IMG/VR virus record: IMGVR_UViG_2881214049_000001
Reading direction: 5' to 3' (one strand)
DNA from: a virus
Length of the DNA stretch: 64,000 nucleotides
This document shows positions 9,803 through 20,904 of this stretch, piece by piece. The translations under genes and the position numbers were made by a program. The stretch's first letter is position 1, and every line of letters begins with the position of its first letter. The notes under the pieces are model-generated. The model was not told where the DNA came from. It saw only the letters and a program-made list of their open reading frames with translations, and ran no database searches.

Positions 9803-10265
9803 GAAGTTCCTCCGCCTCAATAGGCAATAACGCGAGCTTGTTCATCAAGCATTGTGTCACTCCCAGTGTGAGGGATTGTTTGACTTTGTAGGAAAATATT
9901 TTCCCATCACTACGCTCAAAAGTGAGCTTGTCTCCTGGTTTGATATCTGCTTGCGCGTACACCTCGACTTTTTTCGCGCTACCTAAAGCATGTGTGCCCT
10001 CAAGTACCCAGCCTCGAGAGGGAGGAATTATTTTTGCGCGAAATTCCTTAATTTCAAAGGGCGAATTGGGTCTTGTTGACATGGGCCCTGTATGGCCACC
10101 ATAAACACTGGCGATGGCAGACTGGGGGTTAAGCGTCTGAGGTTGCGATGACGCAACTGATACTTGGCGAGATACCTTGACCTCCACACCAAACATATTG
10201 ATCAAGGTGGGGAACATGGAGGCACTCCACCGACTGATGGCAGATTCAATATTAGGATATAGCAT
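9795..10265 (-). CDS. Probable head-tail joining / neck protein
   Basis: Synteny; beta-rich C-terminus (IKPGDKLTFERSDGKIFSYKV) like head-closure proteins. Confidence 0.45.
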   Translation of the reverse strand: MLYPNIESAISRWSASMFPTLINMFGVEVKVSRQVSVASSQPQTLNPQSAIASVYGGHTGPMSTRPNSPFEIKEFRAKIIPPSRGWVLEGTHALGSAKKVEVYAQADIKPGDKLTFERSDGKIFSYKVKQSLTLGVTQCLMNKLALLPIEAEELHD

Positions 10266-10318
10266 TTACAAGTCTCTTTGCAGTTATCAAACCATATTAT
10301 TGTACAATAACTGTTATT

Positions 10319-10813
10319 TTAGGTGAATGGATTACCAACATATAGATGAAATGTGTAACCGTGCCCAGTGTAACCTCTATTTGGTACTATCGGGCGAACA
10401 GAAAAGGAGTCCTTGCCCTCGTAGCCACGACCAGGTCGGTAAACAAGTTTATCATACATAGGAAACCAAGGTGCGACTTCGAGGACACCAAATTCCGGAA
10501 AGCGCAGTATTTCAAAACTGCAACGATACCTTTGAGAAAAGTCTTTCTCTAATTCTTTTTGGTCAATAAAATGCAGATCATAATATTCACGCTGATAGTC
10601 ATAGCTCCAATAATCGATGGTGCGGTGTAAGACATCGCTACTGGTAAAGCGGGGATCTTTGGTGTGGTCAAAAAAACTAAACCAGGTTTCTTGATTTCTT
10701 GCGATATGTGTTTGTTTTGGGCCATGTAAACGCACATAGGCCGGTCTTTTATTGGGCTCTACATTGGCATATGCTGTGATCATACTTTTCCCTTTTGTGT
10801 AATGTTGGCGCAT
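10319..10813 (-). CDS. Hypothetical protein with an Ig/cadherin-like motif
   Basis: LVYRPGRGYEGKDSFSV matches the YxPxxxxxGxDSF pattern of bacterial cadherin-like/Big domains. Confidence 0.45.
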   Translation of the reverse strand: MRQHYTKGKSMITAYANVEPNKRPAYVRLHGPKQTHIARNQETWFSFFDHTKDPRFTSSDVLHRTIDYWSYDYQREYYDLHFIDQKELEKDFSQRYRCSFEILRFPEFGVLEVAPWFPMYDKLVYRPGRGYEGKDSFSVRPIVPNRGYTGHGYTFHLYVGNPFT

Positions 10814-10865
10814 GGGCTGTGCTCAGTGACAGTAGCCATACGCCGATCTTGGTTGGGTGTGCCTG

Positions 10866-13800
10866 TTACAGGCTACCCCATACAATATAATTGTATTGTG
10901 TATCCGACGGTGAATAGGCGCGCCACATCCAAGAGCCGTCTTTAGGGTGGCGATAAAGGATAGGCTCTACGACCATGTTCCTGACAGCATCAAGCATTGC
11001 TGCACGGGGAGAATACGCACCTTGCGCAGTTCCGGCTTGCACTTTTGCAATGAGCTCTTCTCGGTAATCTGTGCGTAAATCCCGTAACCATTGCATCAGA
11101 TCAATAGCGACAATACCAGCTTTGTAACGGCGGTAATCATCACTGCGGTAATTCAGTGGTAAATTGAGCTCTACTCGATCATGGAATGGTTTTGTCTGTA
11201 AAGCAGAATGATCGATGCTATCGAGTATAGATGTCATATCCACCGCGAAGTTAGCACCGAGTTGCCTTTGTGTTGAGTGTGTTTGATGATAAAAATCAAT
11301 TACCTCTGGCAAGTTTTGAGTCATGAAACGATATTGTCGTTGGTGGTTGGCTACCTGCCCTTTGTTCATCCGATAGTGCATATATGCACGGGGATCAGAG
11401 GCAAGGTATTGTTCAAATGCAGCGCCTATAGCCATGACGAGGTTAGGGTATTCCACATATTGTGCGATGATTGGGCTTGCAGCGTCGAGCGGAGACTGTA
11501 ACTGGTTATAGGCAGACTCCAATTGCGCTGTGTTGACACCCAACTGGGTGAGGGTGTTCATCAGCTTAGCTGCACCGAGCATTTGTTGGTCGTATATGCG
11601 CTCAACGTCCACTTCATTGAGTTCGCTTTGTCTAAGTAGAGCTAACCTCTCAGCTAATCCTTGACGTGACTGCGCCATTAGTGTGTGGATGGTAGAAGCG
11701 GAAAGACCTGCCTGTGCAAGTGCATGTTGTGCGACGTTGTCAATGTGATTAGCCTGGATCAAGGCATTTAACAAGGTACTTTCACTTAGTAGGTCTTGAC
11801 GATAATGTTGTCGCACACTAGGTGGGAGCATCATGGCCTGAGCTAAGCGGTTTAACAAGTGGCCTCGCGTCTTAAGTGACTGCTTAAAACTTTTATCTGT
11901 GAGCCAGCTCCCTTCTAAGATCTCGATAATTTCTTTGTGCAGCTTGGTACTGATTGTGGGCGCTGTTTGTTTCATTTGCCAGTGATCGATAGCAACTGCT
12001 GTGAGTTCAGCCGTGTACTGCATTAAGCTCTGTATGTAGCTATCTGGCGACAATCGAGTGTAATCTAACTTGTCTGCATGCGCGTATAGAGAGTCCCGTA
12101 ATATGGTATTAATTTTGAGTGCATAATGGCTGACGGTACTTGCTTTTAGCCTGTCCATTTCCTGGATCTTGATTGGTATTGGCGCGCAAAACGTACGCTT
12201 ACCTAAATCAACTGTGCCGTATAGGTCAAAACCCTTTGCATGACGCATGGCTACAAATACGCTGTCAGGCATGCTTTGCTTTAATAATTTATAAGGTGAT
12301 TGTACTACCTTACCTAACGGCACATCACTTGGGGTAACGAGCTGATAAGTGAGCTCGGTTGAGCGCATCATGCTGTGCGCTTTCGCCAAGCTAATAGACT
12401 GCTTAGTAGTATGAACGTCGGTGACGCGTAATGTTAGCAAGCGCGTAACGTTGTAGCTCAAAGTGGTGACTTTTAGATTCACTAATGCGGGGATGTTTGC
12501 TGAGGTCTTTAGCGCCTCGAGCTTTTCCCATTGTATTGTCCTTGTGAGCGGGTTGGTCAGTGTTTCTTTAATGACGACATGCTTAACCGCCGGTTGGTCG
12601 CCACTATGCTTGATAGAGCGCGTTGTTCCCGTGCCGATTGTTTGCCATGCACGTGTCGTTGTATCGTGAGCAAATATGATGTCGCTACAACGTGAAGCCC
12701 GATATGCCGTGGTGAAACTGTGCGTGCTCAATGGCGTGGCTAGTTTGTAGAGAAGGCGAGTGGTGCTATTAGATAAGTGCGTATTGATCCATTTATCTAC
12801 CGTCAGTTTACCTATCCCCTGACTAGTTTGGCGCCAAGCAATGTTATCGCTGTTATAGGCTTGAGCATGAGTGCTAGCGCGCAGCCAACTTGGGGCACCA
12901 ATAAGCAGTCTCGTATTAGTTACCGCTTGGCTAAATAGGCGTTCTGTGTGTTCATGCCCTAATCGATTTTGTACATAACGCATGTTTAGTCGGCTGTAAC
13001 CGAACGAGAATTGCTCTGCACTGCGACGTATTGTTCGGCTGACTGTTTTTTTCGCCTGCGATAGCTGCTTGAAATCATTCACGAATAATTGCAGATCTGC
13101 AGAAAATGGTGCGTAATTACGCTCATAATTGAGACGTACACTGCCAGCACTTCGCTTGTCTCGCACGACATGCTGCGTGTGTTCTAATCCAAGGGCGTAT
13201 AATCCGGCATCTTTTTGAGTGCTTAGCACCGCGGTATCTTGTTTTGGCAGTTCTTGAATATACTGTTGTTGTGACAAGTGCAGGCCAGGGGAAAACGGCC
13301 CAAAATCTTGAAGGAAATCGGGTAATCCATGAGGAAATATATAACGCGGTTTAGGCATCCAGTACTGAGGCTTTTGAGAAAGTAGCACACGCTTGCCAGC
13401 TTCGCGATAAATAGCCACGCGTTGCAATAGGCGCGTGGTTTTATTAATTAGGGGCTTAAAATTAAGCATATTGAAGCGTTTTGACCACGGCTGATATACT
13501 AGATAAGCAGCAACTTCTAGTTGATTGTGTTGGCAATAACCCGATTCCACCTGCCATTTAATCGTTGCCGGCAGGTGCACTTTGGTTCCAGCTTGTTTAA
13601 GTAGGTGTGCTTTTTTGAAGACATAATGATTTCTTACCCAAGTGCCTGGTATAAACTTCAGCTGCATATGTTGATTCAACGAATCAACATACATGCGGCC
13701 TGACATTTCAATTGCGCCGGACGCGTGCTTCGACAAGGCTTTATTTTGTATCAGCAAAGTGTTTGGTAAATGCTTGCCTAGTATCGATTTTATCGGATGT

Positions 13801-16800
13801 ATTTTAAATGATTCTTGCAAAGAAAAATTGATCAGCTTGAGCGCATCTGCTTGCATCCCTGCGGTGATAGAAAAAACTGCTTTTGGTAAAGTGATCAGCG
13901 GTTGAATAACCTCATATATTGCATTGACTAATTTAATTTCTTGCGTCGATGCTATGCTGTTGGTTTGCTTAACAGCAAGCTGTTGCTGCCAGTTCTTAAT
14001 TACTTCTACTGCGTTGAGCAAATGAGTGGGTCGGTGTGTTTGGCCATTGGCACGGATCAAGTAATGGGCGTAGTTGAGTACGCTTGCTTCAACCATCTTG
14101 ACAATGAGCTTGGCGCTAGATTGATGTAAAAATTGTGTCTGTTGGCCCGTGTGTGACAACGCGGCGAGCGCTTTGTTATACACGACACTTAGGTATTGCT
14201 GTGCTTGATATAAACGTTCATACTTCACCGCATCAGAACACAAAACAGCCATATTTTTGTTAATTTTAGATTGTATGGCAGAAAGTGTTTCTGATTCCAA
14301 AGACGCGTATTTTGAATACCGGCCTAGGCCTTGTACAAATTTATTTAAAGTTGTGACTGTGACGATGAGCAGCTCAAGCGCATTATTACTATTGAGACTT
14401 TTAAAAGCCACATTGACCTCTTGAGCTAGGGTTTTATCTATGGCTGTGTATATTTTATCACTGAGTCTGTGTACTTCGCTTAACCAGCGAGACGGAGCCG
14501 CGTTGAGCATATTTATGGATAAGTTTTGCCACGGCGTCGCGTTAACTTGATTATTTAGCTTAAATTGAAAGCTCGGTGACTGAATATAGTATCCGTCGTT
14601 AATTGCTACGTCACGGTAGATAATGCGTGCAGTGAACTGCTGTTCTATCCATTGTTTAAAGACCCCGCGTACTATTTTTGCGCTGGTCTGTATACTGGAA
14701 ATACCCGTTTTCTTTACGAGTGGTATATGCTGTTGAGCAAAGGTTGGTTGCTGATTGTCAGCAGCCTCTAAGCGTGAACACCAAAATCGTATGCTCTCAT
14801 TCGCTGTGCTTCTAATGTTTAGAGGCCTTGCATTGTCAGCGGCGCGTACGCCCAATATTTTACCTGTGATCAGCCAAGGTAGCTGAGATCTACCTGTGAA
14901 GCCGCTAGATTGATAGGCATGCCCCTGTTGGTTATTTAAAAAGTTCACCGAAAACAGGGTAATATTGTGCTCTCTTTGCGGTGTACTTTGAATGAGCTCT
15001 CCAAGTGTGAGACCAAGTTTGGAGAAGCGGTAGTTCATCATATCGCTTATGGCATGCGAATAGGTAGGTGACTCAGCCGTTAGTACGGACACGGGAATAT
15101 GTTTGATTTGTTTTGCCATCCAATACGATGCTTGTTCATGCACCCGTGATTGCCAGCCCTTCGCTATACTAGACAAGCTTTGCAGTGCACGAAGTGTCGT
15201 GCGGTATTGAGCCACGTTATACTGTATTTCAGATAGGATATTTTCGCCACCACTAAACGCACTGTCAGGCGACATGGTAATATTATTAGTCCACAAAGGG
15301 CCGCTAGCAATAGACTTGGCAATTACGTTGATAGGTTTACCGGTTGTAGCCTTTTTTAAATAGCGCGGCGCATTGACCTGAATTTTAGAGACGACGGTCG
15401 TCGTGTAGCCAATATTGTGTCTATCTGAACTTATTCTGGTGTAGCGATAAAGTTGATAAACAGGTGCGCCAAGAGATTGTCTGAACTGATCTTGCATCTG
15501 CGTAAAGGTCAACTTTTGATAATCGGCCGTTTGCTTGAGCAAAATACGCAACGCTATGGTTTGAATGGCATGTTGCGTATTATAAACCGCTGAGCCGATA
15601 TCATCAGAGTAGGCATTACTGACACCGGTAGTAAAAATGGCTTTGGCGAGCGTTGCTAATGATGATTGTGGTTCAACGGCAAACTCTGCTTTTTGCGGCT
15701 GATTTTCATTTAAGAATGACGCAATAAAATATTTGATCACATCGGCGACTTGAGCACTTTGTTGCGAGGCTGTTTGTTTAAGCAGTTGAGCGACAAACTT
15801 GTTGAGTTTATCCGCAACAGCGTGGGTATCCGAGGTGTGAGAAGGTGACAGCACACCTTTGATAAATTGGATCCTACTGCCACTTTCTTTTCCTATCCAA
15901 TTTGACAACACATCGTAAATTGCGCGACCAAGTAAATACTGCTGACCGCTCAAATGATAATTGATGATTGCGGGTGTTGAGGTATCCTGTCCATTCGCTT
16001 TATCGTAGTTAATATTACCCACTAAAGTTTGGGGTTGTGCCGTGTTAGCTTGCGAAGTTCCCGCTTCTAACTGTTTAGTGTGTGCGGCTGTGGAGGGCAC
16101 GTCTGGCGCTTCACTTTTAGACATACTCACTAAGTGTGCATTCATAGCATCAGCAAGTGGACCAGAATGTGCACCGGTCGCTGAGTACTCCATTTTATAG
16201 CCAGATGGGTGCAGTGCTAACCAACTAATTGCATACTGAATTGCCTCATATAAACGCTGGATGCGAGTACTCGACTCCATGATAAAGCTGAGAGTTTGTG
16301 CAACGTTTACGCGTTGGTTTGGTTGGCTTAGTAATGCGATTAATTGGTCATTACTGGCTGATTTTAATCCACCAATAATACTGAAATTCATCATCTCAGG
16401 TTTTGAGGCATGATAGCTTTGTATTGGATAGCTCGTCATAAAATTAGTGCCTAAATTGCTCTGACAGAGCAATCTTAATTTTACTGAGCCACACAAGCGC
16501 AGGCTTTGTTGCTTTGTTCTATGTGCGGTTAAATCTGTACCTAAGGATGCACTTAACTGCTTTAGCTCAAGTGCATTGATATTGTCCGCGCTTAATGTTC
16601 GCTGCCCCTCTACGGGTTGGGCTTTCCAGCTATCAACAGCATGCTGAATAGCCCAAATACTTCGCCTAAAGCGCCTTGCCTCTGCAGGTTGTCTAAAAGG
16701 TAACTTCGCTGCCCAAGAATAAATTTGGCTAGCAACTAGGTAGTGCTTAAGTTGACGTGTGGATCCGGTGAGCACCTCATCCACTGTGAGTGCACTTTGT

Positions 16801-19379
16801 GATGTTGCGCGCCGAGACTCGGTTTGCCCAACTCCTTTGGTACTTTGCAATGTGAGGGAAGTTAGTGTGTCATAGGCGACGGTGGCATTAACCTTAGTGT
16901 TGGCTTGATACAGCTCATTATCATAACCTAGCACGCCACTGTGGTTGTACATACTGATACCGTCAACCTCTTGGGTGCCAAAAAGCGGTAACTTTACGCG
17001 TACAGGCTGCATGCCGTTGCTGACTCTTGGGCTGATCCCTTCATGCCATGAGAACGCTCTTGTTTGTGGCGAGCCACTCGCTTGTGAAGGGTAGCCCACT
17101 CCTTGCGTTTTATCACTTGCCAACGAAATAGGGTTGCTAAATACAGACCAAGTATAACGCTTGCCAATTTTTTTAGAGGCAAATCGTCGCAGTCCTAAGT
17201 AACGCTGAATACCGCCCAGTGCCAGTCGATAGTGCCAATCTTTAGTGTAGGTTGAACTGACGTTAAACGAAGAACGCATATGAGGACTAAATACGCGTTG
17301 CTGTGACGTGGCGTTGGTACTAACAAAGCCAGAAGCACTAAGAACGTTTTCGTGTAATTGCCTCGACCCTTCACTCATCATGTCTATTTTAGGGCCATGG
17401 TGGGCATTCGTAGAGTAGAGACGACCTCGGTTAACGTCGTTAACGCGACTGAGCCAAGTTTGTAAATGAAACTTGGCTGTTGCCCATTGCTTTTGTGTGG
17501 GGCTTATTTTATATCGCGCATACCCGTGCTGAGAGTTCGCTGATGTGCGCCGTAAAATATAATGTGCGTTTTGCCATCGCACCGTTAGTTGTTCCGCCAA
17601 AGTATAAGCGTGTGTATAAGTACCCATACTCCTACTCTGGCCATCGTTAGCATATGTTTTGTGTGCGCAGGTATGAGCACTCACACATTGAGAGTTTGAT
17701 GTTAAATCTATTGAGTCTTGGCTTGATGGCAGTGATGGTACAAATTTTTGAGATCTCGCTCTGTGTAGATCCCAAAAACCAACGCTAAGTAGCGCGTGTT
17801 GGGTACTATTAAGTTGAAACCCTTGTATGAGTGGTGTTGTATTGGTATCGGTTGTAGTAGCAAAAACACGAAATTGAACGCCTTTGAGTTGCGCACCAGA
17901 GGGCGTAGTTGGTAAATTTGCTGACCAATCACTGTACTGAATATGGGCGTATTCTTCGTTGGAGTAGCTTACTCGAAATTCAAAAGTGACTGATGTGTTG
18001 CTTGGAGTTGTACCGCTTAGAAGTACCTCAGCGCCTTCGACTAAGGTTAGTGCAGATAAAGGATAAATTTCTGACACATACTTACCAACATAATAGCCTT
18101 CGGTATAGACTGGATTTTTAAGCGTTAATAACCCTCGTGCTGGCAACCACTGCATTCCCGTGAACTCACCTTGGGATAAATCAACATAGCGTTCAGAGGA
18201 AGCGAATGGCTCGTATACTTTGATGCTAACACGGTGGTGAAGCCCTGAGTGTTTGCTGAATTTGTGGCTGATAGCCAGTTGCTGATCGGTGATCCATGCA
18301 GCGCTTGTTAGCCTGCGTGACCCCGCTTCGTCTATAACAAGTTCTCCGCCATCGGCGAGCACAAGCAGTGGGTCGCCATCGCCACGTAACGAAAAATATT
18401 CGCTGGTATAAAACTCATCCTCTTGGCAGTGTCGCTGAGCGCTTAAGTTAAAATAGTCAGCTTTCTCTTGCAAGTTAACGAGCAGCTCAGGTTGATTGTT
18501 GGGTAGTGCTCCGGCTTCCTTTTCAATATGTTGTACAATTGAGGTCACTTCTTCATTACCAGGCTCTTGAATATCAAGGAGTGAAACAATATAGTCACCG
18601 TGGTGACGTCGATGCCAAGCCGTTTTGGTAGTGATGATTGGATCGGTACATATATTGACTGAGCCATAGGCGGGTAAAGGTGTAATGTCAGCATCAATCA
18701 AATCCAATACCAGGGCATCACCAGAATGCACTTCAGTAAATACCAGCAAGGAAGTGTGCCCACCAACATGCTGCACGCTGGTAGGCAAAGGTACATTTTG
18801 TACTTCCAGTCCTTCGAAAGAAACAAAGTATAATGTGGTCGCACTGACCGCTGCGACCGACTGTGCTTGAGGTAACCACACTAAATGGCGAATACCGGGT
18901 AACCCGGGTACGCTGCGATAGGGAACTAGCTCGAGTAGCCCTTCTTCTCGCGATAAAACCTGTTGAATTTCTATATGGAACATATCTGGACCAACTAGCC
19001 AAATAAGACCATCTGCCCAAATGATGTCGGTTATATTGTCGTGTAAGTTTACTGTTTGCAGGTGGATAAGGTTCGGGCTGAAAATATGCAGTTTGCCGTC
19101 TGCACTGAGTACTAATACGCGCTCGCTCCCAGCGATAACACCGCTAACCACGCGAGTTGGTGAGGCTACTTCGGCAACATACACCATATCATGGTTGATT
19201 GGCGTGACGGCAACGACGTAATTCTCATTAAAGTTTGCCAGATACAATAACCCTTTATTATCGGGTATAACGCTGGGTACTCTTTGTTCCGACTTAACAC
19301 TGAACCATTCTCTTTTGTCCGCTAGCGCATTGATAAATGCACGGTATTTCGCATTTTTTATGGTATTTATTACACTCAC
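10866..19379 (-). CDS. Giant 2837-aa protein, probable virion/baseplate component
   Basis: 8.5-kb uninterrupted ORF in the tail region; N-terminal beta-propeller-like region, then a structural-type domain (GTTPSNTSVTFEFRVS...VQFRVFATTTDTNTTPLIQGFQL). Confidence 0.7.
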   Translation of the reverse strand: MSVINTIKNAKYRAFINALADKREWFSVKSEQRVPSVIPDNKGLLYLANFNENYVVAVTPINHDMVYVAEVASPTRVVSGVIAGSERVLVLSADGKLHIFSPNLIHLQTVNLHDNITDIIWADGLIWLVGPDMFHIEIQQVLSREEGLLELVPYRSVPGLPGIRHLVWLPQAQSVAAVSATTLYFVSFEGLEVQNVPLPTSVQHVGGHTSLLVFTEVHSGDALVLDLIDADITPLPAYGSVNICTDPIITTKTAWHRRHHGDYIVSLLDIQEPGNEEVTSIVQHIEKEAGALPNNQPELLVNLQEKADYFNLSAQRHCQEDEFYTSEYFSLRGDGDPLLVLADGGELVIDEAGSRRLTSAAWITDQQLAISHKFSKHSGLHHRVSIKVYEPFASSERYVDLSQGEFTGMQWLPARGLLTLKNPVYTEGYYVGKYVSEIYPLSALTLVEGAEVLLSGTTPSNTSVTFEFRVSYSNEEYAHIQYSDWSANLPTTPSGAQLKGVQFRVFATTTDTNTTPLIQGFQLNSTQHALLSVGFWDLHRARSQKFVPSLPSSQDSIDLTSNSQCVSAHTCAHKTYANDGQSRSMGTYTHAYTLAEQLTVRWQNAHYILRRTSANSQHGYARYKISPTQKQWATAKFHLQTWLSRVNDVNRGRLYSTNAHHGPKIDMMSEGSRQLHENVLSASGFVSTNATSQQRVFSPHMRSSFNVSSTYTKDWHYRLALGGIQRYLGLRRFASKKIGKRYTWSVFSNPISLASDKTQGVGYPSQASGSPQTRAFSWHEGISPRVSNGMQPVRVKLPLFGTQEVDGISMYNHSGVLGYDNELYQANTKVNATVAYDTLTSLTLQSTKGVGQTESRRATSQSALTVDEVLTGSTRQLKHYLVASQIYSWAAKLPFRQPAEARRFRRSIWAIQHAVDSWKAQPVEGQRTLSADNINALELKQLSASLGTDLTAHRTKQQSLRLCGSVKLRLLCQSNLGTNFMTSYPIQSYHASKPEMMNFSIIGGLKSASNDQLIALLSQPNQRVNVAQTLSFIMESSTRIQRLYEAIQYAISWLALHPSGYKMEYSATGAHSGPLADAMNAHLVSMSKSEAPDVPSTAAHTKQLEAGTSQANTAQPQTLVGNINYDKANGQDTSTPAIINYHLSGQQYLLGRAIYDVLSNWIGKESGSRIQFIKGVLSPSHTSDTHAVADKLNKFVAQLLKQTASQQSAQVADVIKYFIASFLNENQPQKAEFAVEPQSSLATLAKAIFTTGVSNAYSDDIGSAVYNTQHAIQTIALRILLKQTADYQKLTFTQMQDQFRQSLGAPVYQLYRYTRISSDRHNIGYTTTVVSKIQVNAPRYLKKATTGKPINVIAKSIASGPLWTNNITMSPDSAFSGGENILSEIQYNVAQYRTTLRALQSLSSIAKGWQSRVHEQASYWMAKQIKHIPVSVLTAESPTYSHAISDMMNYRFSKLGLTLGELIQSTPQREHNITLFSVNFLNNQQGHAYQSSGFTGRSQLPWLITGKILGVRAADNARPLNIRSTANESIRFWCSRLEAADNQQPTFAQQHIPLVKKTGISSIQTSAKIVRGVFKQWIEQQFTARIIYRDVAINDGYYIQSPSFQFKLNNQVNATPWQNLSINMLNAAPSRWLSEVHRLSDKIYTAIDKTLAQEVNVAFKSLNSNNALELLIVTVTTLNKFVQGLGRYSKYASLESETLSAIQSKINKNMAVLCSDAVKYERLYQAQQYLSVVYNKALAALSHTGQQTQFLHQSSAKLIVKMVEASVLNYAHYLIRANGQTHRPTHLLNAVEVIKNWQQQLAVKQTNSIASTQEIKLVNAIYEVIQPLITLPKAVFSITAGMQADALKLINFSLQESFKIHPIKSILGKHLPNTLLIQNKALSKHASGAIEMSGRMYVDSLNQHMQLKFIPGTWVRNHYVFKKAHLLKQAGTKVHLPATIKWQVESGYCQHNQLEVAAYLVYQPWSKRFNMLNFKPLINKTTRLLQRVAIYREAGKRVLLSQKPQYWMPKPRYIFPHGLPDFLQDFGPFSPGLHLSQQQYIQELPKQDTAVLSTQKDAGLYALGLEHTQHVVRDKRSAGSVRLNYERNYAPFSADLQLFVNDFKQLSQAKKTVSRTIRRSAEQFSFGYSRLNMRYVQNRLGHEHTERLFSQAVTNTRLLIGAPSWLRASTHAQAYNSDNIAWRQTSQGIGKLTVDKWINTHLSNSTTRLLYKLATPLSTHSFTTAYRASRCSDIIFAHDTTTRAWQTIGTGTTRSIKHSGDQPAVKHVVIKETLTNPLTRTIQWEKLEALKTSANIPALVNLKVTTLSYNVTRLLTLRVTDVHTTKQSISLAKAHSMMRSTELTYQLVTPSDVPLGKVVQSPYKLLKQSMPDSVFVAMRHAKGFDLYGTVDLGKRTFCAPIPIKIQEMDRLKASTVSHYALKINTILRDSLYAHADKLDYTRLSPDSYIQSLMQYTAELTAVAIDHWQMKQTAPTISTKLHKEIIEILEGSWLTDKSFKQSLKTRGHLLNRLAQAMMLPPSVRQHYRQDLLSESTLLNALIQANHIDNVAQHALAQAGLSASTIHTLMAQSRQGLAERLALLRQSELNEVDVERIYDQQMLGAAKLMNTLTQLGVNTAQLESAYNQLQSPLDAASPIIAQYVEYPNLVMAIGAAFEQYLASDPRAYMHYRMNKGQVANHQRQYRFMTQNLPEVIDFYHQTHSTQRQLGANFAVDMTSILDSIDHSALQTKPFHDRVELNLPLNYRSDDYRRYKAGIVAIDLMQWLRDLRTDYREELIAKVQAGTAQGAYSPRAAMLDAVRNMVVEPILYRHPKDGSWMWRAYSPSDTQYNYIVWGSL

Positions 19380-19589
19380 GAGGCACCCTCATACTAGTCT
19401 CATTTGGCATCGCCTTAATATAAGGATTGTACCGCGATTGTTGAAATGAAGCAGTAGTGAGATTGAAATATTGTACAATAAATTAATGGGGACGGTGAGT
19501 TAGCCGTTTGAAAAGGAAGAAGGGCTGTTTCTCAGGCGATCCAAACCTAAGTTATTATATAAATATACGCAAACTCTGCGAGAAACAGC

Positions 19590-19613
19590 AAAAAGAAGGG
19601 CATTGCACCCTTC
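19590..19613 (-). terminator. Rho-independent terminator after the paralog cluster
   Basis: Minus strand GAAGGG-TGCAATG-CCCTTC-TTTTT. Confidence 0.7.
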
Positions 19614-19627
19614 AAACAAGTGCTCGA

Positions 19628-20887
19628 TTATTTTTTAATTTCAGACTCGGGAATACCAGACTTAATTAGGTGGAGCATAATAAGGTTGGTATTAAATGGC
19701 CCTGTTGGCTGAATAGCAATATACCTTCGATACAGCTTCTCTTGCGTTTCAGGGTCTTTTTCACCATACACGTGCACATTTACAGGTAACCCAGATGAAA
19801 TGACGTCAGCTGAGGTGTAAGCAACCATATCTAGCTCGTGCTTAAACCTAAAGCGTGGCGTGTTCAGCTTTGAAGGGAACAGGATTGCATAGCGAGAGCC
19901 TGCTTTTTCAATGCTTGCAACGCCAATATCGCGCATTTCAATCCGCGCCTGTTGTTGACGTAGATTAATAATGGCGTTCATATCACGGTCGTTACGCCAC
20001 GCATCGTATTGTTTACCAGGTGCATTAACGTCTTTTTCTCGCACCACAAAGCGTTTTAGTGCGATGGCACCTTGCTTGGTCGCATCTGGAGAGGGCGTAA
20101 TAGAGCTTTGCGGGCCAGACGATGTTGATCCCAAAGTTTGTGTATATGGAATGCCATTTTCTTGTGCATATTTCTCATAAGCAGCTTGGTGGGCTGCTGA
20201 ACGAGTATTACTCTCGTTAGAAATACCATACATACAGAAAATTGGATTTCGGCTACCATCCGCATCTGGTTCTCTCAATGGTTGACCATCTGATTGGTCT
20301 ACAGGGCGCTGTACCACAAACCAACTTTGCGTTGGCGGATCACGGTGCTCGTCACCCTCTAGCCAAATAGCTAAAAATAATCCATGTTCGGTAGATGATG
20401 CGCGCCACGAAACTGGATGTGCTTTTAGACGACCTTTGACGACTTTAGTGTCGAAAAATAGACCATCACCAGTGTTAGCACGGTGTTCAACACCTGCTTC
20501 TGTATAGGTATAGTCATAGTCTGGACCTAGGTTACCTGAAGTCACACCTCGTGCGTCTTGGATCACTTGGCCATTTGAAAAATCACACTGTAGTTGCGGT
20601 GTGACATGCGCCTCAATTGTTTGATAAGAAAACTCTGAGCCACTGACGGTTTTTGTAGCCATTTTTAGTGCGATAAGTTCACTATCAAACATGTTTTGTG
20701 AATCACCGCGAGGAACAGCAACAAAACTGTAGCCACCTTGCGCATCAAACTTTTCTTTTGCGTTTGGAAATTGATATTTAATTTCCCAACCAACGGTATT
20801 GAGCCACTCTGCGATTTCAAACAAAACGAAACGCAGGTCGCTGTAACCATACTTAACATTACTTTGTACAAGGGTATTTAAAGCCAT
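19628..20887 (-). CDS. Paralog family member (pair 3, second gene), probable virion/tail appendage protein
   Basis: Shared core SWFVVQRPVD...PIFCMYGI...FVVREKDV...ELDMVAYTSADVIS. Confidence 0.75.
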   Translation of the reverse strand: MALNTLVQSNVKYGYSDLRFVLFEIAEWLNTVGWEIKYQFPNAKEKFDAQGGYSFVAVPRGDSQNMFDSELIALKMATKTVSGSEFSYQTIEAHVTPQLQCDFSNGQVIQDARGVTSGNLGPDYDYTYTEAGVEHRANTGDGLFFDTKVVKGRLKAHPVSWRASSTEHGLFLAIWLEGDEHRDPPTQSWFVVQRPVDQSDGQPLREPDADGSRNPIFCMYGISNESNTRSAAHQAAYEKYAQENGIPYTQTLGSTSSGPQSSITPSPDATKQGAIALKRFVVREKDVNAPGKQYDAWRNDRDMNAIINLRQQQARIEMRDIGVASIEKAGSRYAILFPSKLNTPRFRFKHELDMVAYTSADVISSGLPVNVHVYGEKDPETQEKLYRRYIAIQPTGPFNTNLIMLHLIKSGIPESEIKK

Positions 20888-20904
20888 CCTCGTCCTCTCC
20901 TAAA

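Noticed and set aside
108-10265. Extracellular contractile injection system (MAC/Afp/PVC) or tailocin
   Set aside because: Portal, prohead protease, major capsid and neck genes are present, so this is a head-bearing phage module.
19558-19565. T4 late promoter TATAAATA
   Set aside because: It is on the plus strand while the flanking genes are minus; I saw no correctly oriented copies upstream of the structural genes.
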